This document shows positions 51,603 to 61,457 of a stretch of 64,000 nucleotides of DNA, in pieces (positions within the stretch are counted from its first letter, which is position 1; each line of letters starts with the position of its first letter). The position numbers were made by a program, and so were the translations under genes. Under the pieces are notes generated by a model, which was not told the DNA's origin, ran no database searches, and saw only the letters and a program-made list of their open reading frames with translations. Source of the DNA: an uncultured Candidatus Binatia bacterium (GTDB taxonomy: Bacteria > Desulfobacterota > Binatia > UBA9968 > JAJDTQ01); assembly GCA_965242525.1 (NCBI GenBank), contig OZ251459.1, forward strand, positions 416,001-480,000, given 5' to 3'.

Positions 51603-52712
51603 ATGGCCGCCCACACGTCACAGGCGAAGCCGGGTCCCCAAGCCGCCCTCGTCTCCGAGGTCGTCGAGGTGGACGACTCCCTGGAGGCGGCCAACGACTG
51701 GTTCCTCGACCGGAAGCTCAGCGACGGGTTGCCCATCGTGCCCCCCACCCGGGAGCGGGTGGAGCGCATGCTCACGGGCACGCACCGGGACCCCCAGGAG
51801 GTCATCGGACAGGTGCCTCCCAAGTGGGCGCCGGCCACGGTGGAGAAGGTCGCGGTCAACAGCGTGATGGCGGGTTGCCTGCCCGAATACCTGCCGGTGG
51901 TCCTCGCCGCGGTGGAAGGCGTCATGGAGCCCCGCTTCAACCTCTACGGCGTCCAGGCCACCACCGGATACGCGGGTCCGGCGCTGCTGGTGAACGGCCC
52001 GGTCCGAAACGAACTGGGCATCAACTGCGACTCCGGCGTGTTCGGCCCCGGTTACCGCGCCAACGCCACCATCGGCCGCGCCATCCGCCTGATCCTCATC
52101 ACCGTGGGCGGCGGCTACCCCGGCGACACCGACCGCGCCACCTTCGGCTGGCCCGGCAAATACACGTTCTGCTTCGGCGAGAACGAGGAGCAGAGCCCCT
52201 GGGAGCCCTACCACGTGAGCCGCGGCTACCGGCCCGACCAGGGCGCCGTGACCGTGTGCGGCGTCAACGGCTTCATCCCCATGCACACCGCGGGGAGCTC
52301 GGGGCAGGAGGCGCTGTCGTCCCTGGCCGAGGTCATCGCCATGCACCGGGGGGGCAGCCACCTGGACGTGGGCAGCTTCGGCGGCGGCACCCCGCTGGTG
52401 GCCCTGGGCATCGAGGACGCCGGCATCATGGCCGGTGACGGCATCTCCCGGGCCGACGTCCGGGAATACCTCTGGGAGCACGCGACCATCCCCTTCGCCA
52501 GCATCCCGGACCGCCGGAAGGGGACCAAGAGCGACGAGGAGCTGCTGCGGGAGTCGCCCAACGTCACCGACGACGGCGTCGTGCACTTGGCCACCCGGCC
52601 CGACGACATCATGGTGGCGGTGCTGGGCGGGAAGCACCGCCACTCCGTCCTCCTGCCCATGTGGACGGGGCGGAACACCCTGGCGGTCACCAAGCCGGTA
52701 CGGACCGCCTGA
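51603..52712 (+). CDS. Conserved hypothetical protein, probable partner of the UGSC protein
   Basis: SDGLPIVPPT, ATVEKVAVNSVMAGC, RANATIGRA, ENEEQSPW; host-like codon usage. Confidence 0.75.
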   Translation: MAAHTSQAKPGPQAALVSEVVEVDDSLEAANDWFLDRKLSDGLPIVPPTRERVERMLTGTHRDPQEVIGQVPPKWAPATVEKVAVNSVMAGCLPEYLPVVLAAVEGVMEPRFNLYGVQATTGYAGPALLVNGPVRNELGINCDSGVFGPGYRANATIGRAIRLILITVGGGYPGDTDRATFGWPGKYTFCFGENEEQSPWEPYHVSRGYRPDQGAVTVCGVNGFIPMHTAGSSGQEALSSLAEVIAMHRGGSHLDVGSFGGGTPLVALGIEDAGIMAGDGISRADVREYLWEHATIPFASIPDRRKGTKSDEELLRESPNVTDDGVVHLATRPDDIMVAVLGGKHRHSVLLPMWTGRNTLAVTKPVRTA

Positions 52713-52941
52713 AGCCGCGCCCGCAACGGCTTGCCGGAAACGGAGGAACCATCGTGACCGATCTCGAAGCCGCGGCCATCCACTTCCGGCGCGTTGCGCC
52801 GGCCGCGTCTTCGGCTCCGGGCCGGCGCCGGACAGGGAGCCGTGCGGTGGAGCGTCGGCGCCTCCCGGGCCGGCCGGTGATCCGCCGAACGGGCGGTCGT
52901 CCCTAGAAACGACGTCGCGTACTCGCGGCCAAGGAGTGCAA

Positions 52942-54156
52942 ATGGATTTCCACCTGCAAGAAGATTCCCCGGAGATGGGCGAGTTCCGCAAGGAGGTCCG
53001 GGCCTGGATGGACGAGAACATGAAGGGCTCGGAGCACCTGCGGTGGTCGGCCTCGTGGTCCACGCGTGAGGACGACGAGGAGTACCGGTTCCGCCGCGGG
53101 CTGGGAGAGAAGCTGGGGCGCAAGGGCTGGCTCTTCCCCATGTTCCCGGAGGAGTACGGCGGCGCGGGGCTGACGGTCGATCACCAGTTCGTGCTCGAGA
53201 CCGAGCTTTCCCGCTACGGCCTGAACCTCACCCACGTCTTCTACACGCTGGCGCGGATCGTGGCCCCGGTGCTGCTCCACTGGGGCACGGACGAGCAGAA
53301 GCGGGAGTTCCTGCCGCCCATTGCCCGGGGCGAGGTCGTGGTGTGGCAGGTGCTGACCGAGCCCCAGAGCGGCAGCGACGTGGCCAACTGCCAGACCCGG
53401 GCCGTCCGGGACGGCGACGACTACGTGGTCACCGGCCAGAAGGTCATGGTGGGCCACCACCTGCCGCCGGACGTGCTGTGGACCCTGGTGTGCACCGACC
53501 CCGGCGGCAAGCGGCACGAGAACCTGGGCTGGCTGCACATCCCCGCGGACCTGCCGGGCATCACCATCCAGCACATGCACCTGATGATGGGCATCAAGAA
53601 CGCGGTCTTCTTCGACGGCGTGCGCGTGCCCGCCAAGTACCTGGTGGGCGGCGAGAACAACGGCTGGAAGGTGGCCCACACCCACCTGGAGCTGGAGCAC
53701 GGCGGCGACGGACGGGTGGGCACGGACCCGGTGGTGGACCGGGTGGTGGAGTACTGCCGGAACCACGAGGTGGACGGCAAGCCGCTGCTGGCGGACCCCC
53801 ACGTCCGGGACGTCATCGCGGACATGGTCATGGAGATCAACACGGTCAACCGCATGGCCCGGCGCATCTTCTGGCACCGCTTCGTCAAGGAGCCGCACGC
53901 GTACGGCGGCGCCCAGTTCCGTTACTACCAGCGCATGGTGCGGCTGCGGAACGGCGAGCGGTTGCAGAAGATCATGGGCGCGGACGCCCTGATCCCCGAC
54001 CACGGGGTGCACGAGGTGGTGGACTTCGAGTACGTGATCCGGAGCGGCCCTGGCCAGCTCCACGGCGGCGGCACCCTGGACACGGACCGGCTCATCTTCG
54101 CCCGCCGGGCCGGCATCGGCCGGGAGACCACGGAGAAGGCGCCGGACACGGTCTAG
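52942..54156 (+). CDS. Acyl-CoA dehydrogenase (FadE26/ChsE-like subunit)
   Basis: FPEEYGGAG, LTEPQSGSD, FFDGVRVP, GENNGW; AAGGAG Shine-Dalgarno. Confidence 0.9.
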   Translation: MDFHLQEDSPEMGEFRKEVRAWMDENMKGSEHLRWSASWSTREDDEEYRFRRGLGEKLGRKGWLFPMFPEEYGGAGLTVDHQFVLETELSRYGLNLTHVFYTLARIVAPVLLHWGTDEQKREFLPPIARGEVVVWQVLTEPQSGSDVANCQTRAVRDGDDYVVTGQKVMVGHHLPPDVLWTLVCTDPGGKRHENLGWLHIPADLPGITIQHMHLMMGIKNAVFFDGVRVPAKYLVGGENNGWKVAHTHLELEHGGDGRVGTDPVVDRVVEYCRNHEVDGKPLLADPHVRDVIADMVMEINTVNRMARRIFWHRFVKEPHAYGGAQFRYYQRMVRLRNGERLQKIMGADALIPDHGVHEVVDFEYVIRSGPGQLHGGGTLDTDRLIFARRAGIGRETTEKAPDTV

Positions 54157-54259
54157 GGCGGCGGCGCTTCCACGGGCGCAGGCGGGACCCCCGCCCGCGC
54201 GGGAAGCCGGGCCCCTGATCGAACCCCGGCCGAAGACCGAAAGCCCACGCGAGGGAACC

Positions 54260-55375
54260 ATGGACCTACGACTCAGCGAAGACCAGGAGATGTTCAGGAA
54301 GGTGGCCGCGGACTTCGTCCAGGCCGAGGCGCCGTCCACCCTGCTGACGCAGCAGTTCCTCAAGAAGGAGACCTTCCTGCCGGACCTGTACGCCAAGATC
54401 GCCGGGCTGGGCTGGCTCGGCATGCTCGTCCCCGAGCCGTACGGCGGCGCCGGGTTGTCCCGGCTCGACTGCGGCGTGGTGTTCGAGGAGCTGGGGCGGG
54501 GGCCGGTGCCCGGGCCGGTCTTCTCGTCCGGCGTGCTGGCGGCCCAGATCATCCACGACGGCGGGTCGGAAGAGCAGCGGAAGGCGCTCCTGCCGGCCAT
54601 TTGCAGCGGCGAGGCCATCGTGGTCCCGGCCCTGGGCGACCACGGGGTCCACTGGGGGCCGGAGACCGTCGCCGCCCGCCTGACCCGGACGGGCGGCAAG
54701 CTGGCGCTTCGGGGGAGCAAGCGCCACGTCCATGACGCCGAGGGCGCCACCGCCTTCCTGTGCGCGGCCCGGGACGACGACGGCAAGGTGGTCCTGGCGC
54801 TGGTGGACCGGGAGGCCCCGGGCGTGACCGTGACGCCGCACGCGGGCTTCCTGGTGTCGGTGAGCGAGGTCTCCTTCGACGGCGTGGAGGCCGCGGCCCT
54901 CGTGGGCGAGGCGGGCGCGGGCTGGGACGTGGTGGACGGAGCGGCGCACAAGGCCATCCCGGTCCTGTGCGCCTACAAGGTGGGCGCGTGCCAGGAGATC
55001 TTCGACTTCACGGTCCAATACACCCGGGAGCGCAGGGCCTTCGGCCAGCTCATCGGCCGGTTCCAGCGGGTGCAGGACCACTGCGTGGACCTGTCCATCC
55101 ACATGGACGCGGCCCGGATGGCCACCTACGAGGCCTTGTGGAAACTCGACGAGGGGCTGCCGGCCGAGGCCGCGGTCCACGAGGCCAAGGCCGCGGCCAG
55201 CGAAGGCTACCACCAGGCGTGCAGCTACTCGCACATGGTGCACGCGGGTCCCGGCACGGACTACCTGCATCCGCTGATGGTCCACAGCGTGCTCGCCCAC
55301 ACCCTGTACCAGTACCTGGGCACGCCGGACTACCACAAGCGCCGGATGGTGGACGCGCTGTATCCGCCGGAGTAG
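54260..55375 (+). CDS. Acyl-CoA dehydrogenase (FadE27-like partner subunit)
   Basis: PEPYGGAG, EELGR, RRAFGQLIGRFQRVQ. Confidence 0.88.
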   Translation: MDLRLSEDQEMFRKVAADFVQAEAPSTLLTQQFLKKETFLPDLYAKIAGLGWLGMLVPEPYGGAGLSRLDCGVVFEELGRGPVPGPVFSSGVLAAQIIHDGGSEEQRKALLPAICSGEAIVVPALGDHGVHWGPETVAARLTRTGGKLALRGSKRHVHDAEGATAFLCAARDDDGKVVLALVDREAPGVTVTPHAGFLVSVSEVSFDGVEAAALVGEAGAGWDVVDGAAHKAIPVLCAYKVGACQEIFDFTVQYTRERRAFGQLIGRFQRVQDHCVDLSIHMDAARMATYEALWKLDEGLPAEAAVHEAKAAASEGYHQACSYSHMVHAGPGTDYLHPLMVHSVLAHTLYQYLGTPDYHKRRMVDALYPPE

Positions 55376-55486
55376 GGAGGTCCCGTCCCGAGCCCTGGCC
55401 GAAGCCAGGCGCGCTGCGGGTCCGGGGGCAAGGAGCAGGAGACTATCGGTTCGATCCGTGGGGAGACACGGAGAAAGGAATCCGCC

Positions 55487-56542
55487 ATGAGATACGCCCG
55501 CTGCGCCATCGCCGTCTGGTTCGTCCTGTTGCTCGCCGGACCGGTGGGCGCCCAGGACATGGAGAAACGCTTCGAGGGCAAGACCGTCAACCTCGTGGTG
55601 GGCACCAGCGCGGGCGGCGGCTACGACATCATCAGCCGCCTGTTCGCCAAATACGCCCCCAGGCACCTTCCGGGCAATCCCCGGTTCATCGTGCGCAACG
55701 TTCCCGGCGGCGCCGGCCTCAAGGGAACCCAGTACATGAACCGCAGCAAGCCCGACGGCCTTACGGTGGGTCCCCATTTCACCAGCCTCGTCATGAAGGA
55801 GCTGGCGGGCGTGGACGTGCCGGGCTTCGACGTGAAGGAGCTCATCGTCCTGGGGGCGCCCACCCTGGTGGACGACAACTACCTGATCTGCGTGGACCGC
55901 AAGGTGGCCGGGTCCTGGGAAGAGATGCTGGAGATGGGCCGGCCGCTGCGCATGGCGTCCCAGCGGCCCGGCATCGGCCGGGTGCCCATGGGCGGCGAGT
56001 TCGTGCAGCTCGTGGGCGGCCCCATCAAGCTCATCTACGGCTACAAGTCCACCGGCGAGGAGCTGGCGGCTTTCGCCCGGGGCGAGACCGAGGTGGTGAC
56101 GTGCCTCGAGCGCCGCTTGCCGCGCATGTACCCGGAGCTGGTCGAGGACAAGCGGCTCGTGCCCATCTACTGGTGGAACGCGCCCGCCAGCGACGAGTGG
56201 CTCGCCCGGCTGGGAGGCGGGAAGCCCTCCCACGTCTTCGACCTGCCGGGCTTGAAGCTGACCGATTCGCAGAAGGTGGCGTTCCAGACCGCGGTGAACA
56301 TCCACCAGCACCTGAGGGCGTTCATGCTGCCGCCCAAGACTCCCAAACCCATCGTGGACGTGTGGCGCAAGGCGTTCAAGGCCACCATCGAGGACCCGGG
56401 GTTCGTCAAGGCCGCCAGGGTGGCCAACTACGACGTGGGGTACGGCTCTCCGGAGCAGTACGAGAAGCAGCTCGCGACCATCCAGGACCTGCCCCCGGAC
56501 GGCGCGCTGTTCTTCCAGAAGCTCATGGGCGAGAAACGCTAG
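55487..56542 (+). CDS. TTT substrate-binding protein (TctC/Bug)
   Basis: Signal peptide; GKTVNLVVGTSAGGGYD, NVPGGAG, KPDGLT. Confidence 0.85.
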   Translation: MRYARCAIAVWFVLLLAGPVGAQDMEKRFEGKTVNLVVGTSAGGGYDIISRLFAKYAPRHLPGNPRFIVRNVPGGAGLKGTQYMNRSKPDGLTVGPHFTSLVMKELAGVDVPGFDVKELIVLGAPTLVDDNYLICVDRKVAGSWEEMLEMGRPLRMASQRPGIGRVPMGGEFVQLVGGPIKLIYGYKSTGEELAAFARGETEVVTCLERRLPRMYPELVEDKRLVPIYWWNAPASDEWLARLGGGKPSHVFDLPGLKLTDSQKVAFQTAVNIHQHLRAFMLPPKTPKPIVDVWRKAFKATIEDPGFVKAARVANYDVGYGSPEQYEKQLATIQDLPPDGALFFQKLMGEKR

Positions 56543-56571
56543 CCCCGCGCTAGCCATCCGCGGGGGGCTTC

Positions 56572-58686
56572 ATGCTCGAAGCTTCCGTCGAGGCGCTGTT
56601 CCACCTGTTCTCGCCGGGGCCGCTGCTGGCGATGCTCCTGGTGCTGCCGGTGGCGCTGTTCTCCGGGCTCATGCCCGGAGGCGGCCTGCCGGTGTCCGTG
56701 GTGGTGCTGAGCCTTGCGGTCCACCTGGACCCGTGGGTCGCCATCACCATCGTGGTGTTCCACATGGCGGCCAGCGACATCACCGAGCCCATCCCCGCCA
56801 TACTCTTCGGGGTCCCCGGCTCGCGCTCGTCCCAGGCCACCGTGCTCGACGGCTATCCCATGGCGCAGCAGGGGCTGGCGGGGGTCGCCCTGGGAGCCAG
56901 TTACACCACCACCATCGTGGGCGGCGTCGTGGGCGCCGCGGCGCTGCTCCTGTCGCTGCCGGTGAGCCGGCAGATCCTGGAATGGTTCGGGTCCGCGGAG
57001 TTCTTCCTGCTGACGCTCATGGGGGTGCTGGCGGTGGCGGTGGTCAGCGCCGGCGCCTTCGTCAAGGGCATACTCACCGCGGCCTTCGGCATCGCCATCG
57101 CCATGGTGGGCTACGCGGACCTGGGCGGCAACGTGCGCGCGGCCATGGGGTTCGACTTCTACCTGTGGGACGGGTTCGGGCTCGTGCCCGTGGTGGTGGG
57201 CCTGTTCGCCCTGCCCGAGGCCATCGCCCTGGTGGTGGGCGACACCACCATCGCCCGGGAGCGTCTGGACACCCTCTTGCGGGAAGCCAAGTCGGACGTG
57301 TGGCGGGGCATGCGGGAGGCTTGGCGCCACAAGTGGCTGATGGTCCGTTCCTCCCTCATCGGCGTGTTCGTGGGCATCATGCCGGGGGTGGGCGGCAGCG
57401 CGGCCCACTGGATCGCCTACGCCCAGGCGCGCCAGACCGAGAAGGGCGCCGTCGAGACCTTCGGCAAGGGCGACGTGCGCGGCGTCATCGCTTCCGACGC
57501 CGCCAACAACTCGGTGGACGGCGGCGTGCTCATCCCCACCGTGGTCTTCGGCATACCCGGAAGCGGCGGCATGGCCATCGTGCTCGCCATCCTCGTGCTC
57601 ACCGGAATCTCGCCCGGCCCCGGCATGCTCACCCGGCATCTGGACCTCACTGTGAGCATGGTTTACACCATCGCCTTCGCCAACCTCATCGTGGTGCCCA
57701 TCATGCTGGCCTTCGCGCCCACCCTGTGCCGCATCGCGGTGATCCCGCCCAACGTGCTGGCGCCGGTGGTGGTGGGCATCGTCTCCCTGGCTGCGCTGGC
57801 CGCGAGCTCGTCCCTGGGGGACCTGGCCGCGGTGCTCGCCTTCGGCCTGCTGGGCGTCTTCATGAAGCGGTACGGTTGGCCCAGGCCTCCCATCCTCATC
57901 GCCGTGGCGCTGGCGGACATCCTGGAGCGGTTCCTCTGGATCTCGGTGAGCAACTACGGCTTCGGCATGCTGCTGCGGCCCCAGTTCCTGGCCATACTCG
58001 GTTTCATGGTCCTGGTGACCCTGTTCAGCCTGCGGGCGCAACGCGGCGCCAGGCGCGCCATGAGGTCCATGACCGAAGGCGAGGGAGACGAGGCGGAGGC
58101 GGACCGGGTCCCTGCGGGCCGGGACCACCCCGCCGGGCCGCCCGCAAACGGTGAAGCCAGTGAAGCGGACGGGTGCGAGGCCGGGAAGCGCCGTCTCTCC
58201 CTCGAAGTCGCCGGGGAGGCGTTCCTCCTGCTCGTGGTGGGGGCGTTCTTCGCCTACATGTTCGTGGATTCCTTCCGTTGGCCGGAAGGCGCCACGCTCA
58301 TGCCGAGGATCGCGGTGCTCGTGGGGACGCCGTTCTGGCTCATCCGGGTGGCGACGCTCTTGCGGGGCCGCGGGGAGAAGCGCGCGGAGGAAGGCGACAT
58401 CATGGACACGGGTTTCATCCTGGGCGACGACCCCCGGACCGAAGGCCGGAGGTTCGCGCGCATCTTCGGGTTCACCGCGCTGCTCTACGCCGGCATCTGG
58501 GTCTTCGGAGTGCACGTGGCCCTTCCGTGCATGCTCTTCCTCTACCTGCTGTACTACGGCCGGGCCGGATGGCTCGGGTCCGCGGGCGTGAGCCTCGCGT
58601 TCCTGTTGCTGATCGTGGGCTTCTACGACTGGGGGCTCCACATCGTGTGGCCGGAGTCCCTGCTGGACCTGTGGCCCTCGGGGTAG
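56572..58686 (+). CDS. TTT permease TctA fused to a C-terminal TctB-like domain
   Basis: ILFGVPG, TVLDGYPMA, AANNS, GIPGS, PGP; hydrophilic linker, then about four more TM segments. Confidence 0.88.
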   Translation: MLEASVEALFHLFSPGPLLAMLLVLPVALFSGLMPGGGLPVSVVVLSLAVHLDPWVAITIVVFHMAASDITEPIPAILFGVPGSRSSQATVLDGYPMAQQGLAGVALGASYTTTIVGGVVGAAALLLSLPVSRQILEWFGSAEFFLLTLMGVLAVAVVSAGAFVKGILTAAFGIAIAMVGYADLGGNVRAAMGFDFYLWDGFGLVPVVVGLFALPEAIALVVGDTTIARERLDTLLREAKSDVWRGMREAWRHKWLMVRSSLIGVFVGIMPGVGGSAAHWIAYAQARQTEKGAVETFGKGDVRGVIASDAANNSVDGGVLIPTVVFGIPGSGGMAIVLAILVLTGISPGPGMLTRHLDLTVSMVYTIAFANLIVVPIMLAFAPTLCRIAVIPPNVLAPVVVGIVSLAALAASSSLGDLAAVLAFGLLGVFMKRYGWPRPPILIAVALADILERFLWISVSNYGFGMLLRPQFLAILGFMVLVTLFSLRAQRGARRAMRSMTEGEGDEAEADRVPAGRDHPAGPPANGEASEADGCEAGKRRLSLEVAGEAFLLLVVGAFFAYMFVDSFRWPEGATLMPRIAVLVGTPFWLIRVATLLRGRGEKRAEEGDIMDTGFILGDDPRTEGRRFARIFGFTALLYAGIWVFGVHVALPCMLFLYLLYYGRAGWLGSAGVSLAFLLLIVGFYDWGLHIVWPESLLDLWPSG

Positions 58687-58749
58687 GCGGCTGGCCCGCG
58701 GTCGGGTCGGGCTTGCTCGTCAACGTGTCCGGATGCAACCGGCGCATCG

Positions 58750-59064
58750 TCAGATCGCCTGCAAGCGCTCGAGCGTATCCGGGTGCCTGGCGACGAGCAG
58801 GATCAGGGCCTTTGCCTGGTCGTTCGGCTTCACGCGGCCTTGTTCCCAGTTCTCCAATGTACGGGGCGACACGCGGAGTTGGCGTGCGAAGACACCGCGG
58901 GAGACGTCGAGCCTGTTCCGGATCTCCCGGATCTGCTCACCCGAGAGATCCGGCAGCGGTTTCGGCGTCACCCGATGAGTACGAAGCATCTTCCTGCCCT
59001 TCTCGAACGCCTGGATCTCCCGGAGCCCGGCGAGTACCTCGCGGAACACGTCACGCCTGGTCAT
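58750..59064 (-). CDS. XRE/HTH antitoxin-like protein (HigA/NadS-like)
   Basis: FARQLRVSPRTLENWEQGR; GGAGG upstream of ATG 59064. Confidence 0.85.
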   Translation of the reverse strand: MTRRDVFREVLAGLREIQAFEKGRKMLRTHRVTPKPLPDLSGEQIREIRNRLDVSRGVFARQLRVSPRTLENWEQGRVKPNDQAKALILLVARHPDTLERLQAI

Positions 59065-59155
59065 TTTCGATGTCCTCCACGACCCGCTTCCACGCTTTAT
59101 AGGTAGTACGCGTAGATCTCTCAAGGAGGAGCAGCCTTCAGCCTTGGCAACCCCT

Positions 59156-60169
59156 TCAGCCCGCCGCGGGGCCGAGCTTGAGCAGCCGCCGGGCGTTGCC
59201 TTCCAGGATCGCGAGCTTCCGCTCGTCGGAGCAGGAGAGGGCCTCCACCTTGTCCACCGCCTTCCAGTCCCCCAGCGGGTAGGGGTAGTCGGTGCCCACC
59301 ATCAGGTGCTCCCATCCCAGCACGCCCTGGAGGTACTCCAGGGTGTCCACCCGATACACCAGGGTGTCGGAATAGAGGTTCTTCAGGTAGGCGCTGGGCC
59401 TTTCCCGGGCCTCGGCGTCGGCCGCGCCCGGACGCACCCCGTAGCCCTGGTCGAAACGCCCCAGGTGGTAGGGGAAGAAGCCGCCCCCGTGCAGCACGCA
59501 CACGCGCAGGTCCGGAAACCGGTCGAACACGCCGCTGTAGGTCATGAACCCCAGCGAGAGCGCGGTGTCCGCGGGGTTGCCGCAGATGAGGAACAGGCCG
59601 TAGGGGGCCATGCGCTCCAGGCCGGCGATGTCCTCGGGGTGCATGACGATGAGCGCGTCGAGCTCCTGGGCCTTGCCCCAGAAGGCGTCGTACTCGCGGC
59701 TGCGGAAGTACTCGCCGTTCACGTTGGTGCCGATGTAGGCCCCGGCCAGCCCGGAGTCCACCATGCCCCGCTCCAGCACGCGGGCGGCGCGTCCGGGGTC
59801 CTGCAGCGGCACCGCGGCCAAGGCGGTGAAGCGGTCCGGGCGCCGGTCCCTCAGCTCCATCAGGCCCTGGTTGTACAGGTTGCACCAGGCTTCCCCCCGT
59901 TCCGGGTCCAGGCGGTAGCCCAGGCACGCGGTGTGGGGCTCCAGGGTCGCTAGGGCGATGCGGCCCTCGTCCATGTTCTCGATCCTCTTCCGGACGTCCA
60001 TGAGGGGAGGCGGCACCACGAAGCTCGGCCCGCGGCCGATGGTGAGGGTGGCGAGGCCTTCCGGGGTCGCGCCCACCTCGGCGCCTACGGCCTTGCCGTG
60101 GGCCTTGAGCTCCTCGACCAGGCCCGGCGGCAGGTAGTGGTGGTGGACGTCGATGGCGCAGGTGTGCAT
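59156..60169 (-). CDS. Amidohydrolase_2 family protein (ACMSD-like decarboxylase)
   Basis: IDVHHH, VPLQDP, MHP, HGGG, GTDYPY. Confidence 0.9.
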   Translation of the reverse strand: MHTCAIDVHHHYLPPGLVEELKAHGKAVGAEVGATPEGLATLTIGRGPSFVVPPPLMDVRKRIENMDEGRIALATLEPHTACLGYRLDPERGEAWCNLYNQGLMELRDRRPDRFTALAAVPLQDPGRAARVLERGMVDSGLAGAYIGTNVNGEYFRSREYDAFWGKAQELDALIVMHPEDIAGLERMAPYGLFLICGNPADTALSLGFMTYSGVFDRFPDLRVCVLHGGGFFPYHLGRFDQGYGVRPGAADAEARERPSAYLKNLYSDTLVYRVDTLEYLQGVLGWEHLMVGTDYPYPLGDWKAVDKVEALSCSDERKLAILEGNARRLLKLGPAAG

Positions 60170-60316
60170 GGCTCCGTTCTCCCGGTTGCGGGTTCGAGAT
60201 TGGAAGCGCCCCGGAACGAACCGTCCTCCGCGCTTCGCCCGCGGTCGAATTGTTCCATCATTGGAGCAGGTATGCTAGTCTCCTCCCACCATCACGCAAC
60301 CGGAGGTAACGTCGTC

Positions 60317-61183
60317 ATGTCTCGGAAGATCAGGGTCACCAGTGAAGGAACCGTGTGGACGCTGCCGTGGGACGTGGGAGTGGCCAGGGGTTTCATGGAG
60401 GCGGAGGGCATCGAGGCCGAGGTGGTGACGCCGGACTCCCAGCTCGCGCCCGCGGAGGTGTTCGAGCGGCCCATCGCGAGCGACTACGAAGCGGGGGACC
60501 TGGAGGGTTACAACAAGTGCGAGTGGGGCGTCATCAAACGCGCGGCCGACGGCGAGCGGGATGGCTGGATCCTCGGACGGCGGGAGAGCGTGGCGGCCAT
60601 GGCCATCGTGGCGCGGGGCGATGCGCCGTACCACCGGCTGGACGACCTTGCGGACGTGCCCATCTCCATCCAGGACCAGACCGGCTCCCACTACATGACC
60701 CTCAAGATGCTGGAAGGCCACGTGGACAAGGGACGGGCGCAGTTGCGCCACGACGGCGGTCCGGCCATCCGCACCCGGCTGCTGCTGAACGGCGAGGTGG
60801 AGGCGGCGACGCTCATGGAGCCTTTCATCAGCCTGGCCGAGAGCCGCGGCTGCCGCGTGCTGGCGGAGTCCAGGTACTGGGGCCTGCTGTTCGTCAACAG
60901 CGACGACGCCGAGGAAGCCCGGGAGGCCATCTTCCGGGCGCTGCGGCGCTCGGTGGACGAGATCAACGCGGACCTGGAGAAACACGCCGCGCTCCTGTTG
61001 CGGGACATTCCGGCCGACCTCATGGGCGACTTCAAGCCGGAGGACCTGAACCTCAACCGCCTGGATTACGTCTATCCGGAAGACTACACCGAAGAGGAGT
61101 TCGAACGGGCGCGCAACTGGATGGCCGGCTACGGCCTCAAGCCCGACTCCCGGGCCGGCTACTCGGACCTGGTCAAGCTGTAG
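60317..61183 (+). CDS. SsuA/THI5-like substrate-binding-fold protein
   Basis: GFMEAEGIE, LLNGEVEAATLMEPF; GGAGGT Shine-Dalgarno; no clear signal peptide. Confidence 0.75.
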   Translation: MSRKIRVTSEGTVWTLPWDVGVARGFMEAEGIEAEVVTPDSQLAPAEVFERPIASDYEAGDLEGYNKCEWGVIKRAADGERDGWILGRRESVAAMAIVARGDAPYHRLDDLADVPISIQDQTGSHYMTLKMLEGHVDKGRAQLRHDGGPAIRTRLLLNGEVEAATLMEPFISLAESRGCRVLAESRYWGLLFVNSDDAEEAREAIFRALRRSVDEINADLEKHAALLLRDIPADLMGDFKPEDLNLNRLDYVYPEDYTEEEFERARNWMAGYGLKPDSRAGYSDLVKL

Positions 61184-61208
61184 CCGCGGTCCCGTCCCGA
61201 AGTCCGTC

Positions 61209-61245
61209 AAGGTCCTTCACGAAGGTGGAGGACCTTTTTCTTTTT
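61209..61245 (+). terminator. Rho-independent terminator
   Basis: AAGGTCCTTCAC-GAAG-GTGGAGGACCTT followed by TTTCTTTTT. Confidence 0.8.
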
Positions 61246-61248
61246 CGA

Positions 61249-61377
61249 GGAAACTCCGTTCGACCCCGGAAGGAGGGCGCGTCCTTCGACTCCGCTACGC
61301 TACGCTCGGGACGAACGGGGATGGAAGGGTCACGTGAGGGAATGCCCCCACCCATGGTTCGATTGTTCAGGGTTTCC
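61249..61377. mobile_element. MITE copy; 4-bp target duplication TCGA
   Basis: GGAAACTCCG ... CGATTGTTCAGGGTTTCC; TCGA at 61245-61248 and 61378-61381. Confidence 0.7.
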
Positions 61378-61457
61378 TCGAGTCGTTCCGGCTCCGGTCC
61401 CCGTCCCTTGCGGGGCCGCGGCCTTGCGGCCGCTCCCGCGGCGGGCCGCGCATTTCC

